This document shows, piece by piece, positions 57,300 through 64,000 of a DNA stretch of 64,000 nucleotides; within the stretch, counting starts at the first letter, position 1; every line of letters begins with the position of its first letter. The position numbers and the translations under genes are program-made. The notes under the pieces were generated by a model. That model ran no database searches. It was not told where the DNA came from and saw only the letters and a program-made list of their open reading frames with translations. The DNA comes from Candidatus Bathyarchaeia archaeon (GTDB taxonomy: Bacteria; Patescibacteriota; Microgenomatia; PFEM01; JAFGMK01): assembly GCA_035529595.1 (NCBI GenBank), contig DATKWK010000023.1, positions 78,517 through 142,516 of the forward strand, in the 5' to 3' direction.

Positions 57300-57890
57300 T
57301 CAGTAGAGTTTGACCTCAATCCGATTACCTTCGAAAAGTCGCACTTCCGCCCTCGTGTAAGGAGGGTAAGGCAGCATGAAGATGAAGTAGTAGAATGAGC
57401 CTTCTCTGCGACCCTTGATAGTCATTGTGTAGTTAGTTGTGTCAATCTCTTCGACTAAGCGGAAGTCTCCGAGATAGGACCACTTACCAACGTACACTTC
57501 GGAGAAGTCTTCACTTCCGAAGAAGGTTTTCCACTCGAGACTTGCCGATTGCGTGACCGTGTTGTACACGATTGATCCGTACCAGTTACCTCTTTCATCG
57601 GGTATCTCGATTCTGTATGCTGTTACATCTTCAATCTCATCACTTGTTGTATTGTAGTACGGAACGGTAGATTGGATTAGCTTGATCGTAATCCTTCCTT
57701 CTCCGAAATTTGCGGCCGAGAAGACGAAATTCTCAGCCGTGACCTCGCCTTCTCCGGTAAAGTCCGGCGACCACGGTTTTGGCGTGGGCGTCGGCGTGGG
57801 GGTAACATTGTAGACTACCCCTACTGGAGTGCACGATAAGGTGGCTGCCGCTAGAACAAGCGCCACCACGATCCATCTTCTAGTGTTCAT
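57300..57890 (-). CDS. Secreted hypothetical protein (196 aa), GC about 55 %
   Basis: Signal peptide MNTRRWIVVALVLAAATLSC; beta-rich; strong RBS GGAGGAG. Confidence 0.45.
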   Translation of the reverse strand: MNTRRWIVVALVLAAATLSCTPVGVVYNVTPTPTPTPKPWSPDFTGEGEVTAENFVFSAANFGEGRITIKLIQSTVPYYNTTSDEIEDVTAYRIEIPDERGNWYGSIVYNTVTQSASLEWKTFFGSEDFSEVYVGKWSYLGDFRLVEEIDTTNYTMTIKGRREGSFYYFIFMLPYPPYTRAEVRLFEGNRIEVKLY

Positions 57891-58196
57891 TATTTTCTCC
57901 TCCGGGCCCTCAGAGGACGGGCTTTTTCTAAGATATATTCACCTCGGAGGAGTCAAATCCGCCTGTCGGCGGGTTGACACCATCCGAGGTGCCAAAAAAA
58001 GTCAAAAAGTCCGTCTTGTGAAGGTCCGGAAAGGAAACGGGCTAACCGCTTTGGCCTTATCCGCGATTTTAAAGAGCATTAACTTAAAAAAGCTTGACTC
58101 CGAAAAGGCAAATTCTTTTGGGCAAGCTTTAAATAAATTAAGCTGATTATAACGAAATGGAATTTGATAATCAAGCTATAGGATAGGGGTGGCTAA

Positions 58197-58296
58197 TCGA
58201 ATTATTTGCACCAATTCCGTCATTCCGTGCTTGACAGGGAATCTATATAGATCCTGAATCAAGTTCAGGATGACAGAGTGTGTTAAGAAATCTGAA
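58197..58296 (-). mobile_element. MITE-like structured repeat, copy C (inverted orientation, one TIR degraded)
   Basis: rc = ...TTCAGATTTCTTAACACACTCTGTCATCCTGAACTTGATTCAGGATCTATATAGATTCCCTGTCAAGCACGGAATGACGGAATTGGTGCAAA. Confidence 0.7.
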
Positions 58297-58342
58297 TAGT
58301 CGCGATAGGGGTGTTATATTTCAGTAGATCTTAAAATCCGTC

Positions 58343-58903
58343 TTGCTTTTAATACTACAAAACGATAAACTAAAAAAAATGCAAAAATCAAAACCTAAAA
58401 TTCAAAAAGATAAAGATTCAGTTGAGATTAGCTTGGTAAAAGTAAAAAAACCAGATGAAGTGAACCTCATTTTCGGCCAGGCGCATTTTATTAAAACAGT
58501 CGAAGATCTTTATGAAACTTTAGTGACTGCAATTCCCGGGATTAAATTCGGGCTGGCTTTTTGCGAGTCGTCCGGCCCGGCTCTGGTTAGAACTAGCGGT
58601 ACGGACAAAGACTTAGAGAAGTTGGCGGCGTCAAATGCCGCCAACCTTCGTTGCGGACACAGTTTTGTGATTTTCCTTAAGGATTGCTATCCGATCAATA
58701 TCTTAAACCGGATAAAAATGGTGGACGAAGTGGCCACCATTTTTTGTGCCACTGCCAATTCGGTCGAGGTAATCGTCGCCGAAACTGAAACCGGCCGAGG
58801 AGTACTCGGGGTAATTGACGGAGCGGCCAGTAAAGGAATTGAAGTAATAAAAGATAAGGAAGACAGAAGGGGGTTTTTAAGAAAAATCGGGTACAAATTA
58901 TAG
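58343..58903 (+). CDS. Conserved hypothetical protein (186 aa; Lys-rich N-terminus, Gly-rich C-terminal half)
   Basis: No confident family assignment. Confidence 0.4.
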   Translation: MLLILQNDKLKKMQKSKPKIQKDKDSVEISLVKVKKPDEVNLIFGQAHFIKTVEDLYETLVTAIPGIKFGLAFCESSGPALVRTSGTDKDLEKLAASNAANLRCGHSFVIFLKDCYPINILNRIKMVDEVATIFCATANSVEVIVAETETGRGVLGVIDGAASKGIEVIKDKEDRRGFLRKIGYKL

Positions 58904-59007
58904 GAAATATCAAATATCAAAAATAAAATATTAAATATAAGAATATTCTTAAAACACGTCTGAGGTGTAGGGGCGTTTTTTAATGAGGGGAGGTGTAATG
59001 AATTTAT

Positions 59008-59214
59008 ATGGCGATTATTGTCAAGAAAGAACCGGGCGAAAGCGAGGACCGATTAATCTCTAAATTCAGAAAGAAAGTTCAACTAGAGCAAATTTTGACT
59101 TTAATTAAAGAAAGACAGCATTATAAAAAACCTTCGGTTCTGAAAAAAGAAAGATTGTCCCGCTTTCGGAAAAAGGGAAGAAAAAAGCCGAAGAAAAGAA
59201 TCGGCAATTATTAA
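59008..59214 (+). CDS. rpsU: 30S ribosomal protein S21
   Basis: MAIIVKKEPGESEDRLISKFRKKVQLEQIL...KKPSVLKKERLSRFRKKGRKK: size, basic composition and RFKR-like block as in bS21. Confidence 0.55.
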   Translation: MAIIVKKEPGESEDRLISKFRKKVQLEQILTLIKERQHYKKPSVLKKERLSRFRKKGRKKPKKRIGNY

Positions 59215-59358
59215 AGAAATGACAAAAGGCTTCCGGCTTCAGAAAGAAGTTGCGCAACTTTGCCTATGAAAGCTTGTTTTTGGTAAGACTCACCGATTAG
59301 TAAATTGAAATAGTGCTGACTTATTTTGATTATGATAAGTGATAGTTGACAGGTAGAG

Positions 59359-59742
59359 ATGTATTCGATTTTAATTAGATCAGAATCCCGATTTCCCGTC
59401 AACCGCAAGCGGATTAAAAGACAGGTTGAGAAGTTACTGACAATAAACGGTTTGACTTTTGATGTTGAGGTAAGTTTGGCCTTTGTCGGTGAAAGAAGGA
59501 TGATCAAGTTAAACCGTGAGTATCGGGATTTAGATCAGGCAGCAGCGGTACTTTCGTTTTCTCAGCTGGAAGAAAAGGCAGGCGAACGATTCATTTCGTC
59601 TCCACCTGACACCTTATATTTAGGTGATATAGTTATTTGTTATCCACTGGCTCAGAAACTGGCTAATGAGGAAAATATTCTGATTGATGAGGAGATAGAG
59701 GCGCTGGTTGAACACGGTCTTTTAAATTTAATAAAAATTTAA
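59359..59742 (+). CDS. ybeY: YbeY-like rRNA maturation factor with incomplete metal-binding motif
   Basis: EVSLAFVGERRMIKLNREYRDLDQAAAVLSF (YbeY N-terminal block); the C-terminus ends ...LVEHGLLNLIKI, so the H-x3-H-x5-H triad is reduced to one His. Confidence 0.5.
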   Translation: MYSILIRSESRFPVNRKRIKRQVEKLLTINGLTFDVEVSLAFVGERRMIKLNREYRDLDQAAAVLSFSQLEEKAGERFISSPPDTLYLGDIVICYPLAQKLANEENILIDEEIEALVEHGLLNLIKI

Positions 59743-59802
59743 GGCCTTGGGTATGGTGACAAAAACCGGTCCGGTTTTTGCCCGACTGCTCAATGTACTA
59801 AC

Positions 59803-61356
59803 TTGGTTTTTTATCTAAAATATCGGCCGCAGAGAATCGCTGATTTGGATCTGCCCGAGATTAGTCAAGGTTTAAAGAAATTGGTCGATAGCGGCAAAGT
59901 GCCTCATGCGCTTCTTTTCAGTGGTCCTCGCGGGGCGGGAAAAACTTCAGCCGCCAGAATTATCGCCAAAGCTCTCTCTTGTTTGAATAATAACGGTCGC
60001 GGTGAACCCTGCAATCATTGTTCCAATTGTAATGAAATTGCTTCCGGAAGTTTCCTTGACTTAATTGAGATTGATGGCGCTAGCAACCGCGGCATTGATG
60101 ATGTCCGGAGGCTGCGCGAGAACATTAAGCTGGCTCCGGCCCGAGGTAAACTTAAGATATATATTATCGATGAAGCCCATATGCTAACGACTGAGGCCTT
60201 TAACGCCCTTTTAAAGACGCTCGAAGAACCGCCGGCACATGCAATTTTTATTCTCTGCACGACCGAGCCGGAGAAACTGCCCGGGACAATTATTTCCCGC
60301 TGTACCCAGTTTCGTTTGCGAAAAGCCAAGCCGTCTGAAGTAGAAACAGCTCTTAAAAGAGTGGCTAAAGGTGAAAAATTAACAATCGAGGAGGGAGTTC
60401 TTGAGTTGATTGCCAAAAATGTTGACGGTAGTTTTCGGGATGGAGAGAAGATTCTCGACCAGCTGGCGGCTGGTAATGAGAAAATTACTTTGGTTGAGGC
60501 CCGACAACTTTTAGGTCAGGTTGAGGCCTTATCTCCGGAAAGGTTAATCGAGGCCTTAGCCGGAAGCGATGCCAAGGAGGGACTGCTGGAAATCAGCCGC
60601 TTGGTTGAGGTAGGGGCCGATCTTAAAATTTACCTGCAAAACTTGCTTGAAGCATTGCGCTTAATTTTGATGAGCCGGATCGGGGTTGAGGAATACGAAG
60701 AAACGGAGACGACGAAGAAATTGTCATTTACCGATCTGAAGAAACTGATTGAAAATTTTTCCCAGCGCGCAGCCGAACTTAAGAATGCGGTAATTCCTCA
60801 GTTACCGCTTGAACTGGCGGTAATTGAATGGACCCAAGAAGCCGGTCGAGATCGACCCTTGCCGCCGGTTCAAACTCAACCAAAGGGTAAAGGAGAGAAA
60901 GCGGTCAGGAATGAAGTGAAGACTGCTTTACCGGTGGCAAATAAGCCCGGATCATCTGATTTGGAAAATCAAGGCAACGGTCAGTTGCTGCTTGAAAAAA
61001 TCCGCTCCGGCTGGAATGAGATACTTTCCCGGGTCCGGCCAATGAATCATTCGGTTGAGGCTTTGCTTCGAGCCTGCCGGCCGCTTAAAGTGGACAGAGA
61101 TATTTTAACTCTTGAGGTCTTTTATGTCTTTCATAAAGAGAGATTGGAAACAGAGAAATGTCGCTTGATTGTCGAAGAAGCAGCCACCGAAGTAGTTGGG
61201 TCGCCGGTAAAAGTCAAATGCCTGTTAGGAAAAAGACAAACAAAATCATCAACTGCCGTTAAAGAAGAAATAATAGAAAAAGTAATCCCAGATGATTTAG
61301 CTCAAGATTCACTGGCGGCCGCCGAGCAGATATTCTCGGGAAAAATTGTTGAATAA
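59803..61356 (+). CDS. dnaX: DNA polymerase III subunit gamma/tau (TTG start)
   Basis: HALLFSGPRGAGKTSAARIIAKAL (Walker A), Zn module CNHCSNC, IIDEAHML (Walker B), SRC motif region. Confidence 0.85.
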   Translation: MVFYLKYRPQRIADLDLPEISQGLKKLVDSGKVPHALLFSGPRGAGKTSAARIIAKALSCLNNNGRGEPCNHCSNCNEIASGSFLDLIEIDGASNRGIDDVRRLRENIKLAPARGKLKIYIIDEAHMLTTEAFNALLKTLEEPPAHAIFILCTTEPEKLPGTIISRCTQFRLRKAKPSEVETALKRVAKGEKLTIEEGVLELIAKNVDGSFRDGEKILDQLAAGNEKITLVEARQLLGQVEALSPERLIEALAGSDAKEGLLEISRLVEVGADLKIYLQNLLEALRLILMSRIGVEEYEETETTKKLSFTDLKKLIENFSQRAAELKNAVIPQLPLELAVIEWTQEAGRDRPLPPVQTQPKGKGEKAVRNEVKTALPVANKPGSSDLENQGNGQLLLEKIRSGWNEILSRVRPMNHSVEALLRACRPLKVDRDILTLEVFYVFHKERLETEKCRLIVEEAATEVVGSPVKVKCLLGKRQTKSSTAVKEEIIEKVIPDDLAQDSLAAAEQIFSGKIVE

Positions 61357-61445
61357 ACTGAGAAATAGAAAATGCAGGTAGCGGATTTTTAAAGAATCAG
61401 ATATAATGCCTTTTTAGTTTTATTTATTTTTTATTTATCTACGAT

Positions 61446-61724
61446 ATGTTTGATAAATTAAAACAGCTTAATGATTTAAGAAAATTGCGTTCCCAGGCAC
61501 TGCAGATGCAGCAGGCTTTAGCGCAGGAAATAATTGAAATCGAAGAAGCCGGAATCAAGGTCGTGGTTAGAGGCGACCAAAGAATTGAGGCCGTAGAAAT
61601 CGCCGGTCAAACTCAGGACCGTTTAGTTGAGATTCTCAATAAAGCCATCAAGCAAGCCCAGCAAAAAGCGGCGGCCAAGCTGACCCAGATGAGCGGCGGT
61701 TTAGGCGGTCTTTTGGGTCAATAA
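61446..61724 (+). CDS. ybaB: Nucleoid-associated protein YbaB/EbfC
   Basis: 92 aa, MFDKLKQLNDLRKLRSQALQMQ...; conserved dnaX-ybaB-recR order. Confidence 0.8.
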   Translation: MFDKLKQLNDLRKLRSQALQMQQALAQEIIEIEEAGIKVVVRGDQRIEAVEIAGQTQDRLVEILNKAIKQAQQKAAAKLTQMSGGLGGLLGQ

Positions 61725-61730
61725 CCTCTT

Positions 61731-62351
61731 ATGAAACTACCGCGGCCACTGCAAAAACTGATTGATTCGTTTGAACAGCTGCCGGGAATCGGGCCCAAGA
61801 CTGCCTCCCGATTAGCCTTTTATCTTTTGCATGTACCCCAATCTTATCTTGATGATTTCGCCCGGAACTTAAAAGAATTAAAGACAAATACCGTCCGCTG
61901 CTCGATCTGTTTTAACGTGGCCGAATCGGATCCCTGTCCGGTTTGCAACGATCAAAATCGGAATAAGACGCTTCTTTGTGTAGTGGAGGCGCCTTTGGAT
62001 GTTTTGGCGCTTGAAAAAACCGGCCAATTTAAGGGGCTTTACCATGTGCTGCATGGCGCGATCTCGCCTCTGAATAATATCGGCCCGGAGGAGCTCTATA
62101 TTGCCCAGTTACTTGAGCGAGTCAAGGAAGGTGATTTCAAAGAAATTATGATTGCCACTAACCCGAATATGGAAGGCGAAGCGACGGCGATGTATATTTC
62201 TAATAAAATTAGCAAACTCAAAACTCAAATCTCAAAACTCAAATCTCTAAAAGTGACCCGGATTGGTTTAGGCTTACCAACAGGAGCCGACTTAGAGTAT
62301 GCCGATGAAGTAACTTTAACCAGAGCAATTGAAGGCAGGAGAGAATACTGA
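61731..62351 (+). CDS. recR: Recombination protein RecR (contains a short internal tandem repeat)
   Basis: HhH LPGIGPKTASRLAFYLL; C4 zinc finger CSICFNVAESDPCPVCND; Toprim ...KVTRIGLGLPTGADLEYADEVTL. Confidence 0.85.
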   Translation: MKLPRPLQKLIDSFEQLPGIGPKTASRLAFYLLHVPQSYLDDFARNLKELKTNTVRCSICFNVAESDPCPVCNDQNRNKTLLCVVEAPLDVLALEKTGQFKGLYHVLHGAISPLNNIGPEELYIAQLLERVKEGDFKEIMIATNPNMEGEATAMYISNKISKLKTQISKLKSLKVTRIGLGLPTGADLEYADEVTLTRAIEGRREY

Positions 62352-62354
62352 TTT

Positions 62355-62813
62355 ATGGCTTCCTTACCGAAACAGATTGCCCAACAGATAGCCCGGATTG
62401 TTAAACAGACCGGCGAAGCAGTGGTCAAAGAACCGTTGGAAATTGTCAAAACTGCCGGCCAGCAAACCGGATTGACAAAAAAAGAGGAAGGGGTCGAAAG
62501 ACCGCCGGGAGGTGGCCCATCGTCTCAACAGGTAGCCAAGTTACAAAAGAAACAACAAGAGGACCAAAAAAAACTGGAATTTTTTCGCCGCCGGTTACGG
62601 GAACTGGCTGAAGAGACGCAAAAGCCGCATCAACCAACGCCTGAAGAAATAGAGGAATACCAAAAGAAAATGCAGGCCGAGGAAACCGCTAAAAGAGAAA
62701 AGGAAAAGGGATCGATCACTGCCCCCGGCGGGCCCAGTAAACGGGGAACCGCTCTCATTGGCGGCAAAAGAAAAAAAGGCGGTAGTGAAATGATGCCGGC
62801 TAAGTCAAGGTAA
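62355..62813 (+). CDS. Lys/Glu/Gln-rich hypothetical protein (152 aa)
   Basis: Low-complexity charged protein; start overlaps the recR stop region. Confidence 0.4.
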   Translation: MASLPKQIAQQIARIVKQTGEAVVKEPLEIVKTAGQQTGLTKKEEGVERPPGGGPSSQQVAKLQKKQQEDQKKLEFFRRRLRELAEETQKPHQPTPEEIEEYQKKMQAEETAKREKEKGSITAPGGPSKRGTALIGGKRKKGGSEMMPAKSR

Positions 62814-62871
62814 GGAAATTGTTATTCTTCGGCTCAAATAATCTTGAAACCCTCAGATAACTGCGAGAACA

Positions 62872-62900
62872 TTGACAACTTCTGGTATACCGTTTAGAAT
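62872..62900 (+). promoter_or_regulatory. Near-consensus sigma70-type promoter TTGACA-17 nt-TAGAAT
   Basis: TTGACAacttctggtataccgttTAGAAT. Confidence 0.5.
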
Positions 62901-63016
62901 TACCGACAATGATTAGAAACACCTTTACGATCTGTTTGAGCTGTTGCCAGTTACGGTTGGAGGGGTGTTTGATTCGGAAACGCTGAAACATTGTTAAAAT
63001 AATCGGCAAAAACACC

Positions 63017-63039
63017 GCCTCCTAACCGGAGGCTTTTTA
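63017..63039 (+). terminator. Intrinsic terminator (GCCTCCtaaccGGAGGC + TTTTT) about 110 nt upstream of cysS start
   Basis: Perfect 6-bp GC-rich stem, 5-nt loop, T5. Confidence 0.65.
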
Positions 63040-63149
63040 ATTATATTTAGGAGGCCCTGAACAAATCGGGCCGGATAGATTCAAAGAGTGTATGTTTTTA
63101 AATTGACGATTCGTTATTTGAATTGCGGAGTCAGTTGAGGGATGATAAG

Positions 63150-64000
63150 ATGATAAACAAGATGACAATGGTCAAATTATATAATACTTTAACTCGGAAG
63201 CGGGAGGAATTCAAACCGATTAAAACAGGTAAGGTGGGGATTTATTCCTGCGGTCCGACGGTGTACTGGAACCAGCATATTGGCCACATGTACGCCTATG
63301 TCCAATGGGACATTTTAGTTCGTTTCCTGCGCTATCTGGGTTTTGAGGTTAGTTGGGTGATGAATATTACCGACGTCGGCCACCTGACTTCGGATCAGGA
63401 TACGGGCGAGGATAAGATGGAAAAAGGCGCCAAAAGAGAAGGATTGACGGTTTGGCAGATTGCCGATAAATACCTTGGCCAGTTTTTGGAAAGTATTGAT
63501 CTTTTGAATATTAAGCGGCCGGATGTTTTATGCCGGGCGACCGAGCACCTTCAGCAACAGATCGATCTGATTAAGAAAATAGAGAATCGGGGTTTCGCTT
63601 ATAAAACGGCGACCGGTTTGGTTTTTGATACCACCAAATATAAAAATTATGCCGCTTTTGCCCGACTGAAGTTAGAAAAACAACAGACAGGGCAACGACT
63701 GGAGATTGATCCGGAGAGAAAAAATCCTTGGGATTTTCTCCTTTGGGTAACCAACCAACCCGGTCACGTGATGCAATGGGATAGCCCCTGGGGCCGGGGA
63801 TTTCCCGGTTGGCATATTGAATGCACGGCGATGTCGACTAAATATTTGGGAGAAAGCTTTGATATCCACACCGGCGGTATTGATCATATTTCGGTTCACC
63901 ATACCAACGAAGTTGCTCAAGGATACGGTGCTTTCGGCCACCAAACCGCTGCTTTTTGGCTCCATAACGGCTGGTTGAAATTTAAAGGCGAAAAAATCAG
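63150..64000 (+). CDS. cysS: Cysteinyl-tRNA synthetase, 5' part (continues past window end)
   Basis: [46 protein letters not shown] (HIGH motif)...; no stop before 64000. RBS GAGGG 9 nt upstream of ATG 63150. Confidence 0.85.
   Translation, partial: MINKMTMVKLYNTLTRKREEFKPIKTGKVGIYSCGPTVYWNQHIGHMYAYVQWDILVRFLRYLGFEVSWVMNITDVGHLTSDQDTGEDKMEKGAKREGLTVWQIADKYLGQFLESIDLLNIKRPDVLCRATEHLQQQIDLIKKIENRGFAYKTATGLVFDTTKYKNYAAFARLKLEKQQTGQRLEIDPERKNPWDFLLWVTNQPGHVMQWDSPWGRGFPGWHIECTAMSTKYLGESFDIHTGGIDHISVHHTNEVAQGYGAFGHQTAAFWLHNGWLKFKGEKI

Noticed and set aside
57183-57398. 71-aa plus-strand ORF
   Set aside because: It overlaps the strongly supported minus-strand secreted-protein gene and its high-GC region, and is likely spurious.
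62800-63015. 71-aa minus-strand ORF in the cysS leader region
   Set aside because: It lies antisense to the promoter/leader/terminator structure, has no RBS, and is more plausibly non-coding.
1-64000. CRISPR array
   Set aside because: No spacer-interleaved short direct repeats were seen. The cassette repeats are separated by whole genes, not 30-40-bp spacers.

Overview
This 64 kb window looks like part of a small, reduced bacterial genome. Gene content and style suggest a CPR/Patescibacteria-like organism; this is a guess from short intergenic spacers, lysine-rich tails on ribosomal proteins, and many secreted or anchored proteins with Pro/Thr linkers. Overall GC is about 40-45 %, with patches of much lower and much higher GC.

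The window splits into two zones.

(1) Positions 1 to about 10,300 form an accessory region. At least eight same-orientation copies of a 40-100 bp repeat (core about TGAGCCTAAAAAGCAGGGGCTGGTGAACTTTGTTAGAAC) separate one- to three-gene units. These units mix orientation and GC content, and two of them are gene remnants. The array ends next to a GIY-YIG gene, tRNA-Trp(CCA) and an unannotated rpmG (L33).

(2) The remainder is mostly core genes: a tRNA Thr-Tyr-Thr cluster, fmt-def, mreBCD-mrdA, dprA-topA, rpsB-tsf-frr-rseP-proS, rpsU, dnaX-ybaB-recR and a partial cysS. Several unusual loci are embedded in it:
- a dockerin-bearing S8 protease followed by two cohesin-like proteins;
- an AmmeMemoRadiSam triad;
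- a 767-aa fusion of a choline/ethanolamine-kinase-like domain, two TagD/ECT-like cytidylyltransferase domains and a HIT domain, next to a GT4 glycosyltransferase;
- a deoxypyrimidine/one-carbon supercluster (dCMP deaminase, an extended ThyA-like enzyme, a dNK-like kinase, glyA, folD, three Tmk-like modules of which two have an altered P-loop, an FTCD-like cyclohydrolase) interleaved with paralogous acidic unknown proteins;
- a roughly 100 bp MITE-like element with terminal inverted repeats, present in three copies.

All calls rest on by-eye motif recognition. No database searches were run.
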